Shown: positions 1 to 7,848 of the stretch, piece after piece
Numbering within the stretch: the stretch's first letter is position 1
Layout: every line of letters begins with the position of its first letter
DNA from: an uncultured Enterobacter sp.
Lineage (GTDB): Bacteria > Pseudomonadota > Gammaproteobacteria > Enterobacterales > Enterobacteriaceae
NCBI GenBank assembly: GCA_963521185.1
Contig: CAUQTV010000001.1
Span: 581,081 to 613,080, forward strand
Reading direction: 5' to 3'
DNA length: 32,000 nt
The notes under the pieces: generated by a model
Told to the model about the DNA's origin: nothing
The model's input: the letters and a program-made list of their open reading frames with translations, nothing else
Databases searched by the model: none
Position numbers and translations under genes: made by a program

Positions 1-1463
1 GCTGCGCGGTCACCACCGAGCCGGTCGATCGCACCACCAGCCAGCAGCGCGCGCAGGCAGACTTGCAGGCGATGTTCAGTCATCAGGAGCCGGTCAACGG
101 GCCGATAACCTTACAGGAAGCCACCGCCCGCGCGCTGAAGTACAACCTGGAAGCGCGGCTGAAAATCATGGAAACGGCGCTGGCTGAGCAGCAGGTCTCC
201 CTCGCTCGCTTCGATATGCTGCCAAAAATGGCGGCGGACGCAGGCTATGTCACCCGCGATAACGTCAGCGCCTCCAGCAGCCGCAGCGTGCAGTCCGGTG
301 AACAGTCGCTGGAGCCGTCAACCTCGGAGGATAAAACTCGCCGCGTGGCCGATCTCACCATGGTGTGGAACATTCTCGATTTTGGCGTCAGCTACGTGAC
401 CGCGCACCAGCAGTCCGACAAGCGCTGGATAGCCGAAGAGCGCCGCCGCAAAGTCACCCATACCATTGTGCAGGATGTCCAGTCCGCTTACTGGCGCGCG
501 GTGGCGGCAGAGCGCTTGCTCAGTCGCATCGATACCCTGATTGGCCGCGTCAATATGGCGCGTGAAAACAGCGAAAAAATGACCACCCAGCGGGTCGGCG
601 ATCTGGTCGAAGCTTACAGCTACCAGCGTGCTCTGCTCGACGCCACCCGCCAGCTTGAAGAGCAGCGGCGTGCGCTGTCGCTGGCGAAAACCGAACTGGC
701 AACGCTGATGAACCTGCCGCTTGAAACGCACTATACGCTGGCGCTGCCGGATGAAAATAATCTGCCGGAGCCGACGTTAAACATCCCGTTCGAACAGCTT
801 GAGAACACCGCGCTCATCAATCGCCCGGAGCTGCGCGAGGAGGATTACCAGGCGCGGATCAGCGCCGCCGAAACGCGTAAATCCCTGCTGCGCATGCTGC
901 CCGGGATCGAAGTCAACGTGGGCGGCAACTATGACAGTAACTCATTTTTGGTTAACCAGAGCTGGGTGGATGCCGGGGTGAAAGTGACCTGGAATCTGTT
1001 CAACCTCTTCTCCGGCCCGGCGGCGTATGACGTGGCGAAAGCCGGTGAAACCGTGGGCGAGGCGCGTCGCCAGGCGATGTCGATGGCGGTACTGGCGCAG
1101 CTGTACGTGGCGCGTGCAAATTTCAACGAAGCCACCCGTCAGTACCGTACCGGCAAAGAGTTGCAAAAGCTCGACGCCTCTATTCTTGAACAGCTCAACA
1201 ACCGTTATAAAGCAGGCAGCATCGGCGAGCTACAGCTGATTCAGGGCGAGCTTAACGCGGTAAACACCTCGCTGCGTAACGATCTGGCGTATGCCGAACT
1301 GCGTAACGCCTGGGGACAAATCTTCGTCACCGCCGGGCTGGACCCGCTACCGCCGGGGCAGAAAACGTCCGATATCCCGTCGGTGGAACGTGCGCTGCAA
1401 CAGACGGAAAACCAGTGGCAGAGCGGTAGGGTGGCGATGCAAGCGCCGGGAGCCGTACAGTGA
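1..1463 (+). CDS. TolC-family outer-membrane efflux factor, probable lipoprotein (5' end outside window)
   Basis: The frame of the listed ORF (63..1463) stays open back to base 3. Translation from base 3 reads C-A-V-T-T-E-P-V-D..., which fits the +1 Cys of a lipoprotein whose lipobox lies off-window. The rest has the repeated coiled-coil/beta composition of OMF proteins (LKYNLEARL, LDATRQLEEQRRAL, NRPELREEDYQARISAAE, VTWNLFN). The TGA stop at 1461-1463 overlaps the next start (GTGA). Confidence 0.8.
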   Translation, partial: CAVTTEPVDRTTSQQRAQADLQAMFSHQEPVNGPITLQEATARALKYNLEARLKIMETALAEQQVSLARFDMLPKMAADAGYVTRDNVSASSSRSVQSGEQSLEPSTSEDKTRRVADLTMVWNILDFGVSYVTAHQQSDKRWIAEERRRKVTHTIVQDVQSAYWRAVAAERLLSRIDTLIGRVNMARENSEKMTTQRVGDLVEAYSYQRALLDATRQLEEQRRALSLAKTELATLMNLPLETHYTLALPDENNLPEPTLNIPFEQLENTALINRPELREEDYQARISAAETRKSLLRMLPGIEVNVGGNYDSNSFLVNQSWVDAGVKVTWNLFNLFSGPAAYDVAKAGETVGEARRQAMSMAVLAQLYVARANFNEATRQYRTGKELQKLDASILEQLNNRYKAGSIGELQLIQGELNAVNTSLRNDLAYAELRNAWGQIFVTAGLDPLPPGQKTSDIPSVERALQQTENQWQSGRVAMQAPGAVQ

Positions 1464-2254
1464 GCCGAACGCGTGGCAAAGCATGGCTGGCGCTGCTTGC
1501 GATCGCGCCGCTTTACCTGCATGCCGCACCCGCCGCGCAGACGGAGGACGAGCTTACGCTCGATGCGCCGTCAGCACCGGCGGCCACGGGCGGGCGTGAA
1601 GCGCGTGGCGTGCTGCGCGCGGTCGAACAGGCCACGCTCTCCAGCGAGCTGAATGCGCGTATCGTTGAGTTGCCGTTTCGCGAGGGCGAGTCGTTTCATA
1701 AAGGCGATTTGCTGGTGCGATTTGACTGCGCGGCTTACCAGGCGCAGCTTGCCGCGTCGCAGGGGGCCATGCGTGCCGCGCAGCAGGAGCTAAGCCAGAA
1801 CCGGCAGCTTGCGCAAATGCAGTCCGTCGGGCGCACGGCGGTGGGGTTGTCCGAAGCGCGGCTGGCGCAGGCGGCGGCGGAGAGTCAGGTCTACCAGATC
1901 CAGACCAGTCGCTGCCGGGTGCTGGCACCCTTTGACGGCCAGGTGGTATCGCGCAAAGCGCAGGTGTCCGAGTTTTTAGGCCAGGGCATGCCGCTGCTGG
2001 AGATCGTCAACAACAGCCATCTGGAGATTTACCTGCTGGTGCCGTCCCGCTGGCTGTCTACGCTCAAGCCCAAACAGACCTTCACCTTTACACCGGACGA
2101 GACGGGTGAGGCGTTGCAGGCGGAGATCCTGCGCACCGGGGCGAGAATCGACGAGAGCAGCCAGACGCTCACGCTGATTGGCCGCATCACCGGGGCCGGG
2201 GCCGGACTGCTGTCCGGCATGAGCGGCAGTGCGCACTTCACGGAGCCGCAATGA
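1460..2254 (+). CDS. Small periplasmic adaptor (membrane-fusion / HlyD-RND adaptor type) with signal peptide
   Basis: N-terminal signal-like MSRTRGKAWLALLAIAPLYLHAAPAAQ. Lipoyl-hairpin halves (ATLSSELNARIVELPFREGESFHKGDLLVRFD ... RVLAPFDGQVVSRKAQVSEFLGQGMPLLEIV) flank a coiled-coil segment. GTG start overlaps the upstream stop and the stop overlaps the next ATG (ATGA at 2251-2254). Confidence 0.75.
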   Translation: MSRTRGKAWLALLAIAPLYLHAAPAAQTEDELTLDAPSAPAATGGREARGVLRAVEQATLSSELNARIVELPFREGESFHKGDLLVRFDCAAYQAQLAASQGAMRAAQQELSQNRQLAQMQSVGRTAVGLSEARLAQAAAESQVYQIQTSRCRVLAPFDGQVVSRKAQVSEFLGQGMPLLEIVNNSHLEIYLLVPSRWLSTLKPKQTFTFTPDETGEALQAEILRTGARIDESSQTLTLIGRITGAGAGLLSGMSGSAHFTEPQ

Positions 2255-3570
2255 CGAGCGCAGACACCACGAACGCTGAACACATTTTCGCCCGGCTGTT
2301 GCAGCTTGAGCGGCTGGCGCGGCAGGCGGAAAACAGCGAAACCCTGGCCTGGTCGATGGTGAATGACAGCCAGAGCCTGCTCGGCTTTCGTCATGCGGCG
2401 TTGCTGATTGACGGACGCGTGCGGGCGCTGACCGGCGTGTCGGTGCCCGATCCCCATGCGCCGTTTGTCGCCTTCACTGAGCGCGCTGCCCGGCAGGTCG
2501 CGGCGCAGGGGCAGGCGGACAACGTTACCGTGGTCATCGCCGCCTGGCTGGACGAGCAGACCCGCCAGGCGTGGCAAAGCCTGTCTGCGGCGCACGCGCT
2601 GTGGGTCCCGCTGAAAAACCGCAGAGGTGAACGCGTTGGCGGGCTGTGGTTTGCCCGCGATACACAGTGGCAGGAGCATGAACTGCTGCTCGCCGGGCCG
2701 CTGGCTGAGTGCTGGGCCCATGCCTGGCAGGCGTTAGCGCCGCGCCGATCCTGGCGCGCCCGGCGGCTGAAAACCAAAGTGCTAGCGCTCGTGGTTGTGG
2801 TGCTGGTGGCGTTGCTGATCCCGGTGCGCCAGTCGGTGCTGGCCCCGGCGGAAGTGGTGCCGCTGGGCGGCCAGGTGGTGACCGCGCCCCTCGACGGGGT
2901 GATAGCCCAGATAAACGTGCGCCCGAATCAGGTGGTGAAAAAAGGGTTTCTGCTGGCCCAGTTTGACAGCACGGTGCAAAAAGCCCAGGCCGACGTTGCC
3001 GCGCGTGCGCTTGGCGTGGCGGAGGCCGAACTGCGCTCCGGCGCTCAGCGCGCTTTTCAGGACGCGGAGTCGAAAGCCCGGCTGGATCTGCTCGCCGCCC
3101 AGGTGGAGCAAAAACGCGCCGAACTGGCGTGGGCGCAGGATCTGTTGCAGCGCAGCGACGTGCGCGCCGGGCGTGATGGGATCGCGGTGTTTGCCGACGC
3201 CGATCAGCTTGTCGGCAAACCGGTGAGCACCGGCGAGCGGCTGATGGCGATTGCCGACCCGCAACAGGCGGAACTGAAAATTGAACTGGACGTGGGCGAC
3301 GCGATAGATTTCCCCGCCGATGCCGACGTGACGCTGTTTCTCGACAGCGATCCGCTGGTGCGTCACGATGCGCGACTGACCCGCGTGGCCTATGAATCGG
3401 CGCTGACCGCACAGGGTAGCCTGGCGTGGCGGCTTGATGCCCGCTTTATCGACAAAGCCCCGCGCATTGGCCTGCGCGGTACGGCAAAAGTGTATGGTGA
3501 GCGGGTGCCGCTGGCGCTCTATTTGCTGCGTCGTCCGCTGGCAGCGCTGCGTAAAGCGGTGGGCCTGTAA
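2251..3570 (+). CDS. HlyD-family adaptor with about 165-aa cytoplasmic N-terminal domain (GAF-like pattern), one TM helix
   Basis: TM segment VLALVVVVLVALLIPV sits after a soluble N-domain. It is followed by lipoyl-hairpin halves (VVTAPLDGVIAQINVRPNQVVKKGFLLAQFD ... VRAGRDGIAVFADADQLVGKPVSTGERLMAIAD) around a long coiled coil. ATGA overlap upstream and TAATG overlap downstream. Confidence 0.75.
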   Translation: MTSADTTNAEHIFARLLQLERLARQAENSETLAWSMVNDSQSLLGFRHAALLIDGRVRALTGVSVPDPHAPFVAFTERAARQVAAQGQADNVTVVIAAWLDEQTRQAWQSLSAAHALWVPLKNRRGERVGGLWFARDTQWQEHELLLAGPLAECWAHAWQALAPRRSWRARRLKTKVLALVVVVLVALLIPVRQSVLAPAEVVPLGGQVVTAPLDGVIAQINVRPNQVVKKGFLLAQFDSTVQKAQADVAARALGVAEAELRSGAQRAFQDAESKARLDLLAAQVEQKRAELAWAQDLLQRSDVRAGRDGIAVFADADQLVGKPVSTGERLMAIADPQQAELKIELDVGDAIDFPADADVTLFLDSDPLVRHDARLTRVAYESALTAQGSLAWRLDARFIDKAPRIGLRGTAKVYGERVPLALYLLRRPLAALRKAVGL

Positions 3571-5672
3571 TGAGCGTATTGCCCGCACTGCGCGACGATT
3601 TGCAACTGTGCGCCGCTCCGCCCGCGCTCGATGGATCCCCCCAGTGGACGCTGGCTGACACGCTGGCGGGGCGCTATTTCAAACTCAGCGGCAGCGCCAT
3701 GCGCCTGCTGCGCCACTGGGCGCTGGGAGAGGAGGAGCGGGTGCTGGCCGCGGCGAACCGGGAAGCGGGCGTGCCGCTTGGCAGCGACGAAGTGCAGGGG
3801 CTGTTGCGCTTTTTACGCGCCAACGATCTGATCGTCGGCAGCGATAGCGAGCAGCGCGCCAGCTATGGCCTGAAGGCAGCGGCGCGGCGCAAAGGTCTGC
3901 TAACGCAACTGCTGCATCAGTATCTTTTCTTCCGCATTCCGCTCTGGCGTCCCGATCCCTTTCTTAACCGATGCTGGCCGCTACTGGCGCGGCACGGCGG
4001 CTGGCTGCTGCGGTATGGGTTACCGCTCATTGCGATCCTCGGCGGCTATCTGGTGAGCCGCGACTGGCCGCGCTATCGCGATTCATTCTCCTGGCTTTTC
4101 AGCCTGGAAGGGGCGGCGGCCTTTGGCGTGACGCTGGTATTCGCCAAATTTACCCACGAACTGGGGCATGCGTTTATGGCCAGGCGCGCCGGATGCCGGG
4201 TGCAAAGCATGGGCGTGGCCTTCGTGGTGATGTTCCCGATGTTTTACACCGACGTGAGCGACGCCTGGCGCGTGCACTCAACGCGCGCCCGTCTGCTGAT
4301 TGGCGCGGGTGGCATGCTGGCGGAGTTGATGCTGGCGGTCATTGCGCTGCTGGCCTGGTCGCTGTTGCCGGAAGGGCCGCTGCGCACGGCGGCGTTTTTG
4401 CTCTCCAGCGCCACCTGGCTGACCACGCTGGCGGTCAACCTTAATCCGCTGATGCGCTTTGATGGCTATTTTATTCTCAGCGACGCCTGGCAGGTGGATA
4501 ACCTGCAAGGTCGCGCCTTTGCCCTGTGCCGCTGGCGGCTGCGCGAGGCGCTGTTTGGCTATGGCGATCCGCCGCCGCAGCGCTGGTCACCGGGAATGCA
4601 GCGCCGTTTGCTGATCTGGGGTTACGCCTCATGGCTGTGGCGCTTCTTTCTGTTTCTGGGGATCGCGCTGGCGGTGTATCACTTCTTTTTCAAGCTGCTG
4701 GGCCTGTTTCTGATGGCGGTGGAGGTGAGCTGGTTTATCGCACAGCCGATGGTGCATGAATTTCGCCACTGGTGGAAAGAGCGTCAGCGTGCGCAGCCCA
4801 GGCGGGCGATCTGCATCGCGCTGGGTCTGGCGTTCCTGCTGCTGGTGCTGTTTGTGCCCTGGCGCAACCAGATTGCGATCCCCGCGCAGCTCGACGCCGC
4901 CCGCGTCAGCACCCTTTATGCCCCTGTCGCTGCGCAGCTTGTCGCGCTGCATGTGCGTGACGGCCAGACGGTCAGCGCCGGGCAACGCTTGCTGGTGCTG
5001 GAGGCTCCGGATCTGAATGCCCGTCAGGCCATCGCCCGGCAAAAAATCGCGATTTTGCAATTGCAGCTACGCCGGCTTGCCGCCCAGCGAGACACGGTGG
5101 GCGATACGCTGATTTTGCACCAGCAGCTGGCGGAATCGCTGGCGGAGTATCGCGGTCTGGCGGCGCAGCGGCGCAGGCTGGAGATCCGCGCGCCCTGGGC
5201 CGGGCAGGTGCGCGATGTGGAGCAGGATCTGGCCCCCGGCCGCTGGCTGGCTGCGGACCAGCCGCTGTTGCGCGTGGTCAATGCCGGTGCCGGACGCATT
5301 CGCGGCTATTTGCCGGAAGATGCGCTTAGTGCCATCCAGCCTGCGGCGACAGGGCGCTTTATTGCCGACGATCCCAGTCGGGCGGCGCAGGCGGTGCGCG
5401 TGCAGTCCATCGATCCCACCGCCTCGGCGTTTATTGAGCGAGAAGCGCTGACCTCCGATCACGGCGGCCCGGTGGCGGTGCGCCGGGACGGGCAAAAACG
5501 GGCGCGACCGGTTCAGGCCTGGTACGGCGTGGACATCGTCGTGACCGACAACGCAGCATTTCCGCCGCAGCCCCTGCGGGGTGTGGTGGTCATTAACGGC
5601 AAGGCAGAATCTCTGTTTACCAGCGTCTGGCGTCGCATTGCCGTGCTGGGCATCAGAGAGAGTGGTTTTTAG
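3570..5672 (+). CDS. Peptidase M50 (site-2-protease family) zinc metalloprotease fused to C-terminal HlyD-like adaptor domain
   Basis: HELGH (HExxH) at residues 196-200 (nt 4155-4169). Second M50 motif NLNPLMRFDG with Asp298 (nt 4461-4463). Several hydrophobic helices. C-terminal third has lipoyl-hairpin halves (TLYAPVAAQLVALHVRDGQTVSAGQRLLVLEAPDL ... EIRAPWAGQVRDVEQDLAPGRWLAADQPLLRVV) around a coiled coil. The first roughly 90 aa resemble a PqqD/RRE-like winged helix. Confidence 0.8.
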   Translation: MSVLPALRDDLQLCAAPPALDGSPQWTLADTLAGRYFKLSGSAMRLLRHWALGEEERVLAAANREAGVPLGSDEVQGLLRFLRANDLIVGSDSEQRASYGLKAAARRKGLLTQLLHQYLFFRIPLWRPDPFLNRCWPLLARHGGWLLRYGLPLIAILGGYLVSRDWPRYRDSFSWLFSLEGAAAFGVTLVFAKFTHELGHAFMARRAGCRVQSMGVAFVVMFPMFYTDVSDAWRVHSTRARLLIGAGGMLAELMLAVIALLAWSLLPEGPLRTAAFLLSSATWLTTLAVNLNPLMRFDGYFILSDAWQVDNLQGRAFALCRWRLREALFGYGDPPPQRWSPGMQRRLLIWGYASWLWRFFLFLGIALAVYHFFFKLLGLFLMAVEVSWFIAQPMVHEFRHWWKERQRAQPRRAICIALGLAFLLLVLFVPWRNQIAIPAQLDAARVSTLYAPVAAQLVALHVRDGQTVSAGQRLLVLEAPDLNARQAIARQKIAILQLQLRRLAAQRDTVGDTLILHQQLAESLAEYRGLAAQRRRLEIRAPWAGQVRDVEQDLAPGRWLAADQPLLRVVNAGAGRIRGYLPEDALSAIQPAATGRFIADDPSRAAQAVRVQSIDPTASAFIEREALTSDHGGPVAVRRDGQKRARPVQAWYGVDIVVTDNAAFPPQPLRGVVVINGKAESLFTSVWRRIAVLGIRESGF

Positions 5673-5703
5673 TTCGCCTCAACCCTCATTAAGGAAACAC
5701 CTG

Positions 5704-6375
5704 ATGAACAGACGTGCAAAATCCTCATTATGTCTCGTTGCCTCCGGTCTGCTTGTGTTCTCTTTTTCATCGCACGCGCTGGCCTGCGGTGATGGAGATC
5801 CCTACATCGGATCGGTGTGCTTCAACGTTGCGCCTTATTGTCCCGATCTCTATCTTGAGGCCGCCGGACAGTCGGTGAACATCTCTGATTACCAGGCGCT
5901 TTATGCGCTGATTGGCACCACCTACGGCGGTACGACAACGACCTTTATGCTACCGGATCTGCGCGGGCGTGCGCCGGTCGGGCAAGGAACCGGGCCAGGG
6001 CTTACGGCGGCGGTACAGGGCCAGCCTCGCGGTGCGGAAAGCGTGACGCTAAACGCGTCGAACCTGCCGCCGCACGCCCACGCGGGCACCTTTACCCCCG
6101 GCAGCGGATCGGCGCTGTCATTTAACGCCACCAGCAACGCGGCGACATCAGCAACGCCAACCGCTGCGGCCAACCAGTTGAGCACCTCAGCCGGACCGGC
6201 GGTGAAAATGTATGCCCCGTCGGGCGGCACGCAGGTTCCCCTGGCGGGCGTGGGTGGCGCGGCGATCACCGTACAGCCTGCCGGATCGGGTTCCGCCGCC
6301 GTGCCGGTTGTTTCACCGCAGTCGGTACTCAAAGCCTGTATCGCGGTCAACGGTGTTTTCCCCACCCAGTCATAA
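5704..6375 (+). CDS. Exported phage-tail-collar-domain (MdpB-like) protein, paralog 1
   Basis: ATG at 5704 lies 8 nt after AAGGA (5691-5695); the listed GTG at 5581 would overlap the upstream gene. Signal peptide ends ALA|C. Collar-domain motifs YQALYALIGTTYGG..F.LPDLRGRAPVGQGTGPGL, then RGAESVTL..NLPPHAH and C-terminal PQSVLKACIAVNGVFP. Confidence 0.8.
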   Translation: MNRRAKSSLCLVASGLLVFSFSSHALACGDGDPYIGSVCFNVAPYCPDLYLEAAGQSVNISDYQALYALIGTTYGGTTTTFMLPDLRGRAPVGQGTGPGLTAAVQGQPRGAESVTLNASNLPPHAHAGTFTPGSGSALSFNATSNAATSATPTAAANQLSTSAGPAVKMYAPSGGTQVPLAGVGGAAITVQPAGSGSAAVPVVSPQSVLKACIAVNGVFPTQS

Positions 6376-6402
6376 TGCCACTTATTGATAAGGATCAGAC
6401 TC

Positions 6403-7080
6403 ATGAACTGTTCTTTGACCTCTCCGCTCACCCTGACGGCCTGCGCCCTGGCGCTGCTCTCTGCGTCTCCTAATGTGCTGGCGTGCAGTGTCGATCCCTA
6501 CGTGGGTGCGGTGTGCTTTATGGCAACGAGCTTCTGCCCGCGCGGCTATGTGGAAGCTAACGGCCAGCAGATGGCGGTCCAGCAATCGCAGGCGCTGTAC
6601 TCGCTCATTTCGCGGGTGTATACCCCGTCCTCCACCGGTAATACCGCCTTTAACCTGCCCGATCTGCGCGGCAGAAGCCCGGTGGGTATGGGTGTCGAAG
6701 CCAACGGAACCGTGCTGACGCAGGGGCAAATGCGCGGTGCGGAAACCGCCGTTATGGATCTCTCGAACATGCCGCCCCATAGCCACCAGGCGGCACCCGG
6801 TACGGCGGCGTTTTCCCTGAGCGCGACGAGCAATGCCGGCACCTCCACTGGCCCGGCGACGGCCACCAACCAGTTAGCTGCCGCAAGCGGCCCGGCGACA
6901 AAAATCTACGCCCCAGCGGGAGGCACGCAAATTCCGCTGGCGGGGGTGAACGGCGCTCTGACCGGGGCGACGGTGGCGGTGAGCAATACGGGCCAGGCGG
7001 TGCCTTTCGCCACGCTGACACCGCAGACGCCACTGCGCGCCTGCGTGGCGGTGATGGGCATTTATCCGCGAAGACCTTAG
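6403..7080 (+). CDS. Exported phage-tail-collar-domain (MdpB-like) protein, paralog 2
   Basis: ATG at 6403 lies 8 nt after AAGGA (6390-6394). Signal peptide ends VLA|C. Motifs SQALYSLISRVY...FNLPDLRGRSPVGMG, RGAETAVMDLSNMPPHSH and C-terminal PQTPLRACVAVMGIYP. Confidence 0.8.
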   Translation: MNCSLTSPLTLTACALALLSASPNVLACSVDPYVGAVCFMATSFCPRGYVEANGQQMAVQQSQALYSLISRVYTPSSTGNTAFNLPDLRGRSPVGMGVEANGTVLTQGQMRGAETAVMDLSNMPPHSHQAAPGTAAFSLSATSNAGTSTGPATATNQLAAASGPATKIYAPAGGTQIPLAGVNGALTGATVAVSNTGQAVPFATLTPQTPLRACVAVMGIYPRRP

Positions 7081-7132
7081 CGGGTGCGCGAACGAACCTC
7101 TTTTTTCACCACAGTGATATAAGGAACAGGCA

Positions 7133-7807
7133 ATGAAAACCTCTCTTTCTCTGGTGGTTGCGACAACAGCGTTACTGGCTTTCTCGTCCGGCGCACAGGC
7201 GTGCGAAGGCGAGGGCGAGTTTATCGGCGCGGTGTGCTTTACGGCGGCGACCTTCTGCCCGTCGGGTTATCTTGACGCGAACGGGCAAACCGTACTCGTC
7301 AATCAGTTTCAGGGGCTTTACAGCCTGGTGGGCAATCACTATGGCGGTACGCCGGGTGTTAACTTTACGCTGCCGAATCTGCAAGGCTTCAGCCCGGCGG
7401 GGCAGGGAACGGGGCCGGGGCTAACTAACGCTGCGCAATACAGTACGCGCGGCGCAGAGAGCCAAACGCTGACTCAGGCGCAGCTTCCTGCCCATACGCA
7501 TACGGCGACGCTCAATCCCACCGCGACCGGCCTTAGCGTAAATGCCAGCACCAGCCCTGGGGCGAATGCCGCGCCGTCCGCGGCCAATAACCAACTGGCG
7601 ACGGCGACGCCAAACGCAAAAATCTATGCGCCAGCCAGCACCGGTAGCGATACGGTTCCGCTTGCCGGGCTTGCGGGCGGTATCGCCGGGGCGGCTGTGG
7701 CGCTGGCGACCACCGGCGGCGGCATGCCAATAACGACGGTTTCTCCACAGCTGGTGCTGAAAGCCTGTATCGCTTACGACGGCGATTATCCGGTTAACCC
7801 GAATTAA
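7133..7807 (+). CDS. Exported phage-tail-collar-domain (MdpB-like) protein, paralog 3 (divergent DLRGR motif)
   Basis: ATG preceded by AAGGAACAGG. Signal peptide ends AQA|C. Motifs FQGLYSLVGNHYGG...FTLPNLQGFSPAGQGTGPGL, RGAESQTLTQAQLPAHTH and C-terminal PQLVLKACIAYDGDYP. Confidence 0.8.
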   Translation: MKTSLSLVVATTALLAFSSGAQACEGEGEFIGAVCFTAATFCPSGYLDANGQTVLVNQFQGLYSLVGNHYGGTPGVNFTLPNLQGFSPAGQGTGPGLTNAAQYSTRGAESQTLTQAQLPAHTHTATLNPTATGLSVNASTSPGANAAPSAANNQLATATPNAKIYAPASTGSDTVPLAGLAGGIAGAAVALATTGGGMPITTVSPQLVLKACIAYDGDYPVNPN

Positions 7808-7820
7808 CCCTCAGCAAATC

Positions 7821-7848
7821 GTCACGCCAGGCGCTTCTCTGGCGTGAC
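7821..7848 (+). terminator. 10-bp stem hairpin downstream of the tail-collar genes (no U-tract)
   Basis: GTCACGCCAG (7821-7830) pairs with CTGGCGTGAC (7839-7848) around an 8-nt loop, 14 nt after the stop at 7807. There is no T-run, so terminator function is uncertain. Confidence 0.35.

Noticed and set aside
2029-3588. Long minus-strand ORFs (2029..2721, 2534..3412, 2782..3588) and many 60-150 aa ORFs on both strands across 300-7800
   Set aside because: They are Arg/Pro/Ala/Gly-rich shadow ORFs lying antisense to, or out of frame with, well-supported genes in very GC-rich DNA, where stop codons are rare. They have no motifs or RBS.
5581-5703. Upstream GTG extension of the first tail-collar gene (and TTG 6385 for the second)
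   Set aside because: The extension would overlap the end of the M50 gene by 92 nt and would put charged sequence ahead of the signal peptide. The internal ATGs have AAGGA at ideal spacing and yield normal signal peptides.
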